64,000 nt of DNA from Dehalococcoidia bacterium (GCA_965261455.1 OZ253453.1:3447372-3511371), one strand, 5' to 3'; shown: positions 34,832 through 44,184, counted from the stretch's first letter. The notes: a model not told the origin generated them from the sequence alone. Made by a program: numbers and translations.

Positions 34832-34843
34832 AGCGAAGGGACG

Positions 34844-35395
34844 ATGCGGCTCTCCCGGCCATCCATAATCAGGGAGTTGGATTCCGGGCGATTGTCATTC
34901 GATCCTCCGTTGGAGCCAGGCCAGCTCGGGGCCTCTTCGATCGATCTGCGCTTGGGAGAGACATTTACCCATCTTGATCGCGAGTTGGCCGAGGAGCGGG
35001 GTGCGGGCGCCAGAGTCCACTGGTACGTACAGGACGCGAAGTGGGGTCTTTTCGCCAAGAAGTACGGACGAACCCAACACATTGCTGTGGGAGACGAGAT
35101 TGAATTGACGCCCGGTAAGTTGATTCTAGGGTTCACTCAAGAGTATGTCCGGATCCCGCAGACCCTAGCCGGCCGGGTCGAAGGCAAGAGCGGCATCGCG
35201 CGGCGCGGCCTGTTGATTCATATCACGGCCCCGACAATTCAAGTCGGCTTTGAGGGACAGATACAGTTGGAGCTTTACAATCTTGGGCCTGCGCCGCTGC
35301 TGCTTCTTCCCGGAAAGCCCATCTGCCAACTTGTGTTGGAGCAGGTCACGGACACCGAGCAGTATGAGGGGCAGTTCTCGAAGCAGCGTGCGTAG
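34844..35395 (+). CDS. dCTP deaminase (Dcd) / dUTPase-fold family protein
   Basis: MRLSRPSIIRELDSGRLSFDP…SIDLRLG… and …GRVEGKSGIARRGLLIHITAPTIQVGFEGQIQLELYN…. These align to the Dcd motifs GRSSLAR and VLEFYN. Visibly lower G+C. Confidence 0.8.
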   Translation: MRLSRPSIIRELDSGRLSFDPPLEPGQLGASSIDLRLGETFTHLDRELAEERGAGARVHWYVQDAKWGLFAKKYGRTQHIAVGDEIELTPGKLILGFTQEYVRIPQTLAGRVEGKSGIARRGLLIHITAPTIQVGFEGQIQLELYNLGPAPLLLLPGKPICQLVLEQVTDTEQYEGQFSKQRA

Positions 35396-35411
35396 CGTTC
35401 GCCCTGTCGCG

Positions 35412-35759
35412 TTAGCCCATCTGGCCGCTGAGTTGACGTCCGCCGAGGACGTGCATGTGGAGGTGGGCGACGCTCTGGCCGCCTTCCACGCCGGTGTTGA
35501 TGACGAGGCGGTAGCCGGATTCGGCGAGGCCGGCGGCCTTCGCGGCGCGGTTGGCCATGAGGGTCATGTTTTGCATGAGCGCGGCGTTGTGCTCGCCGAA
35601 GTCGGCCACGGAGACGAGGTGCTCGAAGGGAATGACGAGGAGGTGCGTCGGCGCTTGGGGGGCGATGTCGGCGATCACGAAGACGGCGCCGTCGTCGTGC
35701 AGCTTCTCGCTGGGAATCTCACCCGACGCGATCTTGCAGAAGATGCAATCGTCCGCCAT
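35412..35759 (-). CDS. HIT-family (histidine triad) nucleotide hydrolase
   Basis: MADDCIFCKIASGEIPS… …HLHMHVLGG. C-terminal 115 codons of the artefactual 481-aa track ORF. Confidence 0.85.
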   Translation of the reverse strand: MADDCIFCKIASGEIPSEKLHDDGAVFVIADIAPQAPTHLLVIPFEHLVSVADFGEHNAALMQNMTLMANRAAKAAGLAESGYRLVINTGVEGGQSVAHLHMHVLGGRQLSGQMG

Positions 35760-35854
35760 GAGGCTCCTCGCCGGGCGCCGCCGCGCCGCCCGATTCCCGC
35801 CGGTAAAGAAGAAGCCCGGCGCGTGCCGGGCTTCTTGCCAGCCGTTCGTTTGGT

Positions 35855-36985
35855 CTAGATGCCGAGGTGCTGCGCCACCAGCTCGCGGTGGTAGTCGCCG
35901 TCGCCGAAGGCGAGTTCGGCGGCCTTGGCGCGGCGGAAGTAGAGCTGCATGTCGTGCTCTTTGGTGAAGCCGATGCCGCCGTGGATCTGGTGGCCCAGTG
36001 CGCAGACCCGCCGGTAAGCGTCGCTGACCCAAGCCTTGGCCATGGAGACTTCCTTGGAGGCTTCCATGCCTTCGCTGACCCGCCAGATCGCCTCGTAGGC
36101 GATGTAGCGCGAGCCGTCGACGTCGGTGACCATGTTGGCGCAGTGGTGCTGGATGGCCTGGAAGCTGCCGATAGGGCGGCCGAACTGCACGCGCTGCTTG
36201 GCGTACTCGACGCTCATTTCGAGCACTTCCTGCGCACCGCCGACCATCTCGGCGCACTTGCCGGCGGCGCCCCACTCGGCGATCTTCTGCACGACCGTCC
36301 AGCCGCCGTTCTCCTCGCCCAGCACGTTGGCGGCGGAGACCTTGACGTTGTCGAACGTGATCTCGACCTGGTGGTCGGAGGCGATGGTCTTCAGCGGCTC
36401 GTAGGAGATACCGGAGCTCTTGGCGTCTACGAGGAAGAGCGTGATGCCGTCCTCGCCCTTGCCTTCTTTGGTGCGGGCGACGACGAGGAGCTGGTCGGCG
36501 GTGCCGCCGTAGGAGATAAACAGCTTCGTCCCGTTGAGGCTGTAGCCGTCGCCGTCCTTGGCCGCGGTGAGCTCGACGCCGGAGGCCTCCCAAGTGGCGG
36601 AGGGCTCGGTCTGGGCGTAGACCCAGATCTCGTCGCCGCCGGCGATCTTCTTGAGGTGGGCGTCCTTCTGGGCATCGGAGCCGAACTCGAGGATGGGCAG
36701 GCCGCAGAGCACAACGGTACTGAAGAAGGGCGAGGGGGTGAGGTTGCGGCCCATCTCTTCGAGGAGCACGGCGAGGTCGAGGAAGCTGAAGCCGTCGCCG
36801 CCGTACTTCTCGGGGAAGACCATGCCCATCCAGCCCTGGCCGGCCATCTCTTTCCACAGCTCGGGAGGATAGCCGAGGTCGTCTTCCTCCATCGCCCGCA
36901 CGACCTCTTTGGACGACTTCTCCGCGAGAAACTCGCGCGCCGAGGTCTGGATCATTTGTTGCTCTTCGCTAAGACCGAGATCCAT
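35855..36985 (-). CDS. Acyl-CoA dehydrogenase
   Basis: 376 aa with typical ACAD N-, middle and C-terminal domains (…GQGWMGMVFPEKYGG…, …IHGGIGFTKE…). Confidence 0.9.
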   Translation of the reverse strand: MDLGLSEEQQMIQTSAREFLAEKSSKEVVRAMEEDDLGYPPELWKEMAGQGWMGMVFPEKYGGDGFSFLDLAVLLEEMGRNLTPSPFFSTVVLCGLPILEFGSDAQKDAHLKKIAGGDEIWVYAQTEPSATWEASGVELTAAKDGDGYSLNGTKLFISYGGTADQLLVVARTKEGKGEDGITLFLVDAKSSGISYEPLKTIASDHQVEITFDNVKVSAANVLGEENGGWTVVQKIAEWGAAGKCAEMVGGAQEVLEMSVEYAKQRVQFGRPIGSFQAIQHHCANMVTDVDGSRYIAYEAIWRVSEGMEASKEVSMAKAWVSDAYRRVCALGHQIHGGIGFTKEHDMQLYFRRAKAAELAFGDGDYHRELVAQHLGI

Positions 36986-37157
36986 CCATCTCCTCCTTGG
37001 AGTCCGTAACGACCCGCCGCCGTGCGGCGATGCCGAGGGTCTTCGTTGGCTCGTTCAGGGGCGGCTCAAAAAGGCCCCGTACAGTATATGCGGTTGGCCC
37101 GTCCAAGCAAGAGTGGGCGCGGCGAGTGAGGGGCGGGCATGGAAACCTGCGGCGCGC

Positions 37158-37394
37158 TCAGATGGACACCGAGAGGCAACTAACGGTCCGCACGATACCC
37201 GACACGGTGTGGACTTGGCTGGTGACGGCCTCGCCGATGCCTTCGAGGCTGTCGGCCTCGATGACGGCGATGATGTCGTAGGGGCCGGTGACGGCGTCGA
37301 CACGGACGACTTGACTCATGCCGGTGAGCGCTTGGACCACCTGCTTGGTCTTCCCGACCGAAGTCTCGATCAAAACGAAGGCTTGTGTCGCCAT
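37158..37394 (-). CDS. Small Lrp/AsnC-type ligand-binding (RAM) domain protein
   Basis: 78 aa (MATQAFVLIETSVGKTKQVVQALTGMSQVVRVDAVTGPYDIIAVIEADSLEGIGEAV…). Confidence 0.55.
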   Translation of the reverse strand: MATQAFVLIETSVGKTKQVVQALTGMSQVVRVDAVTGPYDIIAVIEADSLEGIGEAVTSQVHTVSGIVRTVSCLSVSI

Positions 37395-37489
37395 CGGATA
37401 CTCCTTGAGGTTCGGGCGGGGGGCCATCGGTATTCTAGGGCGGGCCCGCGGGGGTGTCAAACCTGTTGCGGGCCGCGACAGCGGGCGGT

Positions 37490-38641
37490 CTAGGCGGTGC
37501 GGAGAGGCCGGAAGAAGGCGCGGACGTCCTCGATGAGCAGCTCCGGCTCCTCCATCGAGGCGAAGTGGCCGCCCCTGTCAAACACGGTGTAGCGCCGGAG
37601 GTTGGGGAACTTGCGCTCGACGGCGACGCGCGGCGGCTGGGAGACATCCGCGGGAAAGAGGGCCGCCGCCGCGGGCGTATCGATGACGACGGGACGGACC
37701 GCCGCCGGAGGCCGCCGCCGGTGCTCGTAGTAGAAGTGTGCCGACGAGCGGATGGTCCCGGTCACCCAGTAGATCATGACGTTGGTCAGCAGCTCGTCCT
37801 TGGTGAAGCGGCGCTCGACGTCGCCGCCGCAATCGCTCCACGCGCGCCACTTCTCCACGATCCACGCGGCCAGCCCCGCTGGCGAGTCGTTCAGACCGTA
37901 GCCCAGCGTCTGCGGTTTGGTGCTCTGGATGCCCATGTAGCCGCCCTCGGCGGCGCGCCATGCCGTTTGACGTTCGAGCCAGGCGCGCTCCTCGGGGCGG
38001 CGCTCGGCCTCCGGGCTTGGGATGGCGAGGCCCATGTTGAGGTGGATGCCTGCGACGTTGGCGGCGTGCCGGCTGCCCAGTCCGGCGGAGACGAAGGCGC
38101 CGCGGTCGCCGCCCTGCGCGCCGAAGCGCGGATAGCCCAAGGTGTCGACCATGAGGTCGCGGAAGACATCGGCGGCGCGGTCGGCGTTGAAACCGGGCTC
38201 GCGGGGGGCGTCGGAGAAGCCGTGGCCGGGAATGGATGGAATGACGACGTGGAAGGCGTCGGCGGGGTCGCCGCCGTGGGTGGCAGGGTCGGCGAGGGGC
38301 CCGGCGATCTTATACATCTCGAAGTAGGAGCCGGGCCAGCCGTGGATGAGCAGCAGCGGGAACGGGTCGGGGCCCTTGCCGGGAAGATGGGCGAAGTGAA
38401 TGCCGAGGCCGCCGATCTCGGCGCGGAAGCTGGGCAGGCGCTCATTCAGCATACGTTCCTGGGCGCGCCAGTCGTAGCCGCCGCGCCAATATTCGACGAG
38501 CTCGCGGACGTAGGCGAGCGGCGTGCCGTCGTCCCACCCTATGTCCGTGAGCTCGTCGGGAAAGCGGACGCGGTCGAGGCGGCGGCGCAGGTCGTCGAGA
38601 ACGCCGTCGGGGACGTGGATGGGCCAAGGGGAGACGGTCAT
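37490..38641 (-). CDS. Epoxide hydrolase (alpha/beta hydrolase with microsomal-EH-type N-terminal domain)
   Basis: MTVSPWPIHVPDGVLDDLRRRLDRVRFPDE… …LLLIHGWPGSYFEM…. Confidence 0.85.
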   Translation of the reverse strand: MTVSPWPIHVPDGVLDDLRRRLDRVRFPDELTDIGWDDGTPLAYVRELVEYWRGGYDWRAQERMLNERLPSFRAEIGGLGIHFAHLPGKGPDPFPLLLIHGWPGSYFEMYKIAGPLADPATHGGDPADAFHVVIPSIPGHGFSDAPREPGFNADRAADVFRDLMVDTLGYPRFGAQGGDRGAFVSAGLGSRHAANVAGIHLNMGLAIPSPEAERRPEERAWLERQTAWRAAEGGYMGIQSTKPQTLGYGLNDSPAGLAAWIVEKWRAWSDCGGDVERRFTKDELLTNVMIYWVTGTIRSSAHFYYEHRRRPPAAVRPVVIDTPAAAALFPADVSQPPRVAVERKFPNLRRYTVFDRGGHFASMEEPELLIEDVRAFFRPLRTA

Positions 38642-38934
38642 GGGCGGCTCCGGACGGGCGTCTGCGCGGATTCTATGCGGCGCGGCGCCAGCGGGCAACG
38701 CGGCGCCTTAGCTCCACTTCGTCGGGCGCGTCAACACGTAGCCGTCGGGCTTGACGACTCTGTCGGGCAACTGGCTGTCCCTGAACGCATCACGGCCTAT
38801 GGTGAAGGATGCCGTCGCCGCTTTACGTAGGTGCTTGGATGCACGGTTGGGTGGGAAAGCAGCAACTACTCGCTTCTTGGGGAATCGCTCGCGGACAGCG
38901 GTTACCGGACGAGTCAGGTCGTTGCCGCCGCATA

Positions 38935-39170
38935 GCGCCGGTGCTATGGTGAGCGCACCACCCCAGCGATAGCATCGCTGGCCCGACGCTCCCATCCGGG
39001 GGCGTCTCTTTGTGTGACGAGCTTCTTTCTGTCTCTTGTATTAGTAGCATGGCGCTGCTGGCAATCCCTAACGCCGGTGCTATCCGGTGTTATAGTTAGC
39101 ACACCCCCCCAGCGATAGCATCGCTGGGCCGACGTCCCCACCCGGGGGCGTCTCTTTTTGCCCTTGACAC
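38935..39170 (+). repeat. Two tandem units of about 85-95 bp, each with a perfect hairpin cagcgat-agc-atcgctg plus a terminator-like GC hairpin and T-tract. Candidate small RNA or leader elements
   Basis: Unit 1: ccggtgctatggtgagcgcaccaccccagcgatagcatcgctggcccgacgctcccatccgggggcgtctctttgtg. Unit 2: ccggtgctatccggtgttatagttagcacacccccccagcgatagcatcgctgggccgacgtccccacccgggggcgtctctttttg. Confidence 0.5.
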
Positions 39171-39314
39171 TTGCTCAGGACGGTCTTGGAGCGGGCTCGC
39201 CACCCTGCTGAACCGCCGCAAGCAGCCGGGCCATTGTACTCGTCCGACAACGCCCGCCCGCCTTGCTACGATGTGGGGCGTAGCCGTAGACTTGCCGCGT
39301 CAGGGAGGTCTGTA

Positions 39315-39650
39315 TTGGCGGGAGAGGTCAGGTTCGTCAAGGCGGCCCGGGAGGGTGAGATACCCGTGGGCCGCGGCAAGATGGTGTTCGGCCCGCACGA
39401 CAAGCCGATCGCGCTCTTCCACCATGAGGACGGCGGTTACTACGCGGTGAACTACGTCTGTCCGCACATGGGTGGGCCTATTGGCGAGGGCAAGCTGCAC
39501 GGCTACATCGTCGATTGCCCCTGGCATGGCTGGAGCTACGACATTCGCGACGGCAAGGACCCGACGCCGCCGGGCCACGACATCACCGCCTACGAGGTCA
39601 AAGTGGAGGACGGTGTCGTCCTCGTGGGCTGGGTGAAGCCGCCCGCCTAG
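39315..39650 (+). CDS. Rieske [2Fe-2S] domain protein
   Basis: CPH…CPWHGW motifs (VCPHMGGPIGEG…DCPWHGWSYD). TTG start 7 nt after GGGAGG. Internal start of track ORF 39171. Confidence 0.75.
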   Translation: MAGEVRFVKAAREGEIPVGRGKMVFGPHDKPIALFHHEDGGYYAVNYVCPHMGGPIGEGKLHGYIVDCPWHGWSYDIRDGKDPTPPGHDITAYEVKVEDGVVLVGWVKPPA

Positions 39651-39673
39651 CGCGCAAGCGCCCAAACTCTGGG

Positions 39674-40108
39674 ATGAAAGCCACCTCGATGTCCGCCGAA
39701 ACGACGCTTACGAAGACCTTCGAGTTCTCCTCGTCGCACCGGTACTTCCGGGCCGAGTGGACGCAGGAGGAGAACGAGCGGGTCTTCGGCGCCTGCGCCC
39801 GCCCCAACGGCCACGGGCACAACTACTTGCTCGACGTCACGGTCAAGGGCCCCGTCGATCCCGTCACCGGCATGGTGATCAACATCGTGGACGTGAAGGC
39901 GGTGGTGGAGGATGTCCTGGAAGAGTTCGATCATCACCATCTGAACTACGATATGCCGTACTTCGAGGACCGTGTGCCCACGACGGAGAACCTGGCGGCC
40001 ACGCTGTGGGAGCTGATCGCGCCGCGCCTGCCCGCGGGGTCAGCCCTCGCCGGCGTCCTGCTGCGTGAGGACGAGGACCTCGCGGTCGAATACCGGGGCG
40101 GCGCGTGA
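39674..40108 (+). CDS. 6-pyruvoyl-tetrahydropterin synthase / QueD-family protein (paralog 1)
   Basis: …SSSHRYF…CARPNGHGHNY… and EFDHHHLN (Zn-binding His triad, Cys/His-Asp-His catalytic pattern). Confidence 0.85.
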   Translation: MKATSMSAETTLTKTFEFSSSHRYFRAEWTQEENERVFGACARPNGHGHNYLLDVTVKGPVDPVTGMVINIVDVKAVVEDVLEEFDHHHLNYDMPYFEDRVPTTENLAATLWELIAPRLPAGSALAGVLLREDEDLAVEYRGGA

Positions 40109-40590
40109 CTGCCGAACGGACGACGGGCGAAGGGGCGGGAAGCGTCTACTTGACGCGGCGGTACCGGTTCTCCGCGACGCACCGGCTGTACAGCGAGGCG
40201 TTGTCCGACGCGGCCAACCGCGAGATCTACGGCAAGTGCGCCAACGACAACGGCCACGGCCACAATTACCAGGTCTTCATTACGATGAAGGGGCCCATCG
40301 ATCCCGTCACCGGCATGTGCTGCGACCTCGACGCGCTGGATGCGCTGGTGGGGGAGCGGGTGATTGACCGCTACGACCACCGGCACCTGAACCTCGACGT
40401 CGAGGACTACGTCGATCTGGTGCCGACGGGCGAGAACATCGTGCGGCGTATCTGGGACCTCCTTGCGGAGGCGCCGCCTCGGAGCGGGGTGCGCGGCGAC
40501 CAGGCGGCGGGTCCACGCCTGCACAAGGTTCGGCTGGTGGAGACCCGCGACAATGCCTTCGAGTTCACCGGCGGGGCGACCGAGCCGTAG
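40105..40590 (+). CDS. 6-pyruvoyl-tetrahydropterin synthase / QueD-family protein (paralog 2)
   Basis: …SATHRLY…CANDNGHGHNY… and RYDHRHLN. Overlaps paralog 1 by 4 nt. Confidence 0.85.
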   Translation: MTAERTTGEGAGSVYLTRRYRFSATHRLYSEALSDAANREIYGKCANDNGHGHNYQVFITMKGPIDPVTGMCCDLDALDALVGERVIDRYDHRHLNLDVEDYVDLVPTGENIVRRIWDLLAEAPPRSGVRGDQAAGPRLHKVRLVETRDNAFEFTGGATEP

Positions 40591-40665
40591 CGCGGCAACA
40601 TCCCGGAATAGCATCTCCCCCTCTGGGGGAGAACGAGAGAGGGAAGTGAAAGAGAGGAACGGCGC

Positions 40666-41373
40666 ATGGCGTCCATGAGCGGGCGGGCGTGTCTGATTAC
40701 CGGCGGATCGAGCGGCATCGGGCTCGCGATCGCGCGGCGCTTCGTCGAGGACGGGGCGTCGGTGTGCATCGCGTCGCGTTCGCGGGAACGGCTCGACGCC
40801 GCGGCGGCGTCGCTGGGCGGCGTGGGCTCGGTCACCGCGGACGTGTCGACGGCGTCGGGTGCGGCGTCCGCCGCGGACTACGCGCTGGAGCGGTTGGGGC
40901 GCATCGACGTGCTGGTCAACGCCGCCGGCGCGGCCTACTTCACCCCTCTCCACGAGACCACCGAGGAGCTGTGGGACGCCACCATCGACGGCAACTTGAA
41001 GTCGGTCTTTCTGATGTGCAAGGCGGTCGCGCCGCGCATGCTGGAGGCGGGGCGCGGCGACATCGTGAACATCGCCTCGATCGCCGGACATCAGGGCTTC
41101 GACGCGAGCACGGCCTACTGTGCCTCGAAGCACGGCGTGATCGGCTTCTCGAAGGCACTGGCGATGGAAGTGCGGCGGCAGGGCTTGCGGGTGATCACCG
41201 TCACGCCGGGCGCCGTCGATACGCCATTGTGGGACGCAGCCGGCGCCGACTTCGACCGCTCCCGCATGCTGACCCCGGGCGACGTGGCGGAGGCGGTGTA
41301 CGGCGCGCTGACCTTCTCGGCGTCGGCGGTGCAGGACGAGGTGCTGGTGATGCCCGCGGACGGGGTGCTCTAG
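40666..41373 (+). CDS. SDR-family oxidoreductase (possible sepiapterin-reductase-like partner of the PTPS genes)
   Basis: ITGGSSGIGLAIA Rossmann motif. Catalytic YCASKHG. Confidence 0.8.
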   Translation: MASMSGRACLITGGSSGIGLAIARRFVEDGASVCIASRSRERLDAAAASLGGVGSVTADVSTASGAASAADYALERLGRIDVLVNAAGAAYFTPLHETTEELWDATIDGNLKSVFLMCKAVAPRMLEAGRGDIVNIASIAGHQGFDASTAYCASKHGVIGFSKALAMEVRRQGLRVITVTPGAVDTPLWDAAGADFDRSRMLTPGDVAEAVYGALTFSASAVQDEVLVMPADGVL

Positions 41374-41384
41374 CCGCGCGCTTG

Positions 41385-41600
41385 CAGCGCGTACCCTCTC
41401 TCAATCTCCCCCAAAGGGGGAGAGGCCGGAGGGGAGGGCGCCCACAAGGGGTGCCCCTACTAGAGCCGCAGGGCGTGGGCCGGATGGGCTTTGGTGGTTG
41501 CGAGGCGGCCCCTCATCTCAATCTTCTCCCGTTGGGAGAAGAGGCAAGACCTCCCGGCCCCACCCATGATTGAGCCTGCGGGCGGGTCGTGCAAAGCACT
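41385..41600. repeat. Intergenic repeat cluster (modules A, B, C)
   Basis: ccctctctcaatctcccccaaagggggagaggccggagggg …gggcgcccacaaggggtgcccctac… cttcgatgggctttggtggttgcgaggcggcccctcatctcaatcttctcccgttgggagaagaggc. Confidence 0.8.
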
Positions 41601-41966
41601 CTACAGGCCGTGGCTGTGCAGCCACTCGTCGCCGAAGCCGAAGTAGTGGCCCACCTCGTGGATGACGGTGCGGCGGATCTCGTCCACGAGCGACTCCTCA
41701 GAGGCGGCGTTGTGCTCGATGGGGCGGCGGAAGATCGTGATGCGGTCGGGGAGGACGTTGCCGTAGCCGTAGCCCCGGTCGGGGAGCGGCACGCCTTCGT
41801 AGAGTCCGAGTAGGCCGTACCGGCTGCGGATCCTGTTCTCGCGCATCTGCGTCCGAGTGGGAAAGTCCTGGACGAGAATAGCGACGTTCTCGATGAGGCT
41901 GGCGACGTCGTCGGGCAGCGACTCCAGCGCCGCGGCCACCGATTCCTCGAACTCTTCGAGCGTCAT
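41601..41966 (-). CDS. Minimal zincin-like metallopeptidase (HExxH; COG3824-like)
   Basis: MTLEEFEESVAAALESLPDD… …IHEVGHYFGFGDE. Confidence 0.55.
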   Translation of the reverse strand: MTLEEFEESVAAALESLPDDVASLIENVAILVQDFPTRTQMRENRIRSRYGLLGLYEGVPLPDRGYGYGNVLPDRITIFRRPIEHNAASEESLVDEIRRTVIHEVGHYFGFGDEWLHSHGL

Positions 41967-42553
41967 CGGCGCGTCCGCCTGCCGCCCTCGTCGACCCACC
42001 AGCTTCTCGACTCGGGGCCGAAGCCCCAGGGCGGGCCGCTCGCCTTGCCGAGGCGCGTGGGGAACCAAAGGAGCCGGTGGCTCGGGTTGCGGTCGAGGCG
42101 GTGGACCATTTCGAGCTCGCGGAAGCCGCGCCGCTCGAAGAGGCGCAGCGCGGGATAGGTCTTGAGGTCTTTGACGAAGAGGCGGGTGGCGACGGACCCC
42201 CTGGCGCGCTCGACGGCGGCGTCGAGCAGGGCGTGTCCGATGCCGCGTCGCCGGTGTTCGGGGGCGACGAGAATCTCGCGGACGGTGGCGTAGGGGCCAT
42301 GCTGATCTTGCAGGAAGCGCATCCGCACGACGCCGGCGGCGTCGCCGTCCACGGCGGCGACGATCCAGTTCTCGGGGTCGTTGGCGAGGCTCAGAAGATG
42401 GAGCCGCATCTCGTGCTCGACGTAGTCCTTGTCCTCGGGGGGGGCGACCTGGGCGGCGAAGACGGCCTTCTCGGCGAGGCCAACGCGTAGGATGGCGGCG
42501 ACGGCGGCTTCGTCCCCGGCGTCGTATGGGCGGATGTGGGTGGGTTCAGGCAA
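41963..42553 (-). CDS. GNAT-family N-acetyltransferase
   Basis: …ILVAPEHRRRGIGHALLDAAVERA… acetyl-CoA-binding motif. Confidence 0.75.
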   Translation of the reverse strand: MPEPTHIRPYDAGDEAAVAAILRVGLAEKAVFAAQVAPPEDKDYVEHEMRLHLLSLANDPENWIVAAVDGDAAGVVRMRFLQDQHGPYATVREILVAPEHRRRGIGHALLDAAVERARGSVATRLFVKDLKTYPALRLFERRGFRELEMVHRLDRNPSHRLLWFPTRLGKASGPPWGFGPESRSWWVDEGGRRTRR

Positions 42554-42568
42554 TGATGCGCTCGTGTG

Positions 42569-43866
42569 TCATAAGAGGTCGAGGACGAGGGTGGACCATC
42601 CGAACCGTTCGGCGCCATAGCCCTCGCCGGTATGAGGATTATAGAACTCTCGGAAGCCTGATTTGAGCGTCAGCCCGATGGTGCGCCGGGCGAGCTCGCC
42701 GGCCTCGTCGCCGTAGCCGTGCTTGCGGAGCCCGCGGATGAGCACCCAGTTCGTGTTGATCCAGGTCGGCCCCCGCCAGATGAGGAAGCGCTCGCTTGGC
42801 CGAAAGCTGGGCTCGGTCATCGCTACCGACGGGACGGGGTAGTCGGGCCAGAAGCGGCGAGGGTCGCGCAGTTGGCGGACGATGCCCTCGGCGCGCTCCG
42901 GAGGGAGCGAGTCGAGTAGGAGCGGCGCGAGGCTGGAGACGGTCAGCGTCCGCAGGGGACGCCCGCCGGGGTCCCTGAGCGACCAGAATGCGCCGTCGTC
43001 CTCGTGGAAGCAGCGGTCGAGGATGGCGCGCTCGGCGCGGTCGGCGAGGCGGGAGTAAGGAGTCGCGGCTCGGCTGGTCGCCGGCCATGGCGCAGAGCCG
43101 GGCGACACAGCGCAGCCCCTCGGCGTAGAGGCAGTTGAAGAGCACGTCTTCGACGTTGAAACGGCCGCGCTCGAAGATCGTGGACAGCCGGTAGTTGCGT
43201 CCCAAGACCAGGTTGGCGGCGTCGAGGAGACGGAGCCTGACCTGCAGGCCGAGGCGGGAGGGGTTGGGCGCGCCGAGGGCCTCGTCGTAGGCGGGGAGGT
43301 GGTCCATGCCCGTTTCGTAGGGTGTGATGCACGAGACGAGGCCGTCGGCGTCGGGGTCGCGGTGGTCGCGCAGCCAGAGGTAGTAGCGCTTGCAGCGGTC
43401 GAGGGCCTCGGCGAGGAAAGCGTCGTCACCGCCGCGCTCGGCGACCTTGAGCGCGGCCTGCGCCAGAACCGGCGGTTGGACGAGGGCGCTGTGCCGCGGC
43501 CTCCAAGAGAGGCGGCACTGGAGATGCGCCGGCGGGAGCAAGATGCCCGCGCCCCAGTGGATAACGTGCGGGATGAAGCCATCGGGGGCCTGAGCGGCCC
43601 ACAGCGTCCGGAGCTCGCGCCGCGCCGCGGCCGGGTCGAGGTGACTCAACGCGATGGCGTGGAAGCAGGAGTCCCAGAACCACTGCCACGGATAGCCGCC
43701 GGCCGCCGAGGGGCAGACGTAGTCGTACTCGATGCCTGTGGCGGCATCGACTCCGCGCTTGACGTTGCCGGCGAGCACGTCCGCGGCGCCGCGGCGGAGC
43801 GCCTCGGCCTCGGAAGCGGTGATGCGCGGGGGCAAAGTGCCTCCGTCGAGATCCTGGACCCGGGGG
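42569..43866 (-). pseudogene. (alpha/alpha)6-barrel glycoside hydrolase (GH63/glycogen-debranching-like), apparently frameshifted near 43060-43090
   Basis: N-part is in the frame of track ORF 42639..44060 (…GYPWQWFWDSCFHAIAL…FNCLYAEGLRCVARLCAMAGD). C-part is in the frame of 42569..43582 (…YSRLADRAERAILDRCFHEDDG…WRGPTWINTNWVLIRGL…). Confidence 0.5.
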
Positions 43867-44172
43867 CTACCGCCAGTCGGCGTCGGTGGGGTGGAGGTTG
43901 GTGCAGCGGACGACGGAGGCGGAGGCGCGGATATCCTTCGTCGCCTCGTTCCAGCGGGCGTAGTGGGCCGTTTGGGTGTGGGCCTTGAACGCGTCTTCGT
44001 CGCGGTAGACCTCGACGAAGACGAAGCGCTTGGGGTCCGCCTGGTCCTGGTAGGCGTCAAAGCGCACGCAGCCTGGCTCCTGCACAGAGTTCGAGGCGTC
44101 GTCCAGCGCGGCTTTGAGGAAGGCGTCCTCAGCGCCGGGATTGCATTCGAGGTTTACGACGATGGCGTACAT
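43867..44172 (-). CDS. Antibiotic-biosynthesis-monooxygenase (ABM) domain protein
   Basis: 101 aa (MYAIVVNLECNPGAEDAFLKAALD…FVFVEVYRDEDAFKAHTQTAHY). Confidence 0.7.
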   Translation of the reverse strand: MYAIVVNLECNPGAEDAFLKAALDDASNSVQEPGCVRFDAYQDQADPKRFVFVEVYRDEDAFKAHTQTAHYARWNEATKDIRASASVVRCTNLHPTDADWR

Positions 44173-44184
44173 AGGTTTCTCCCG

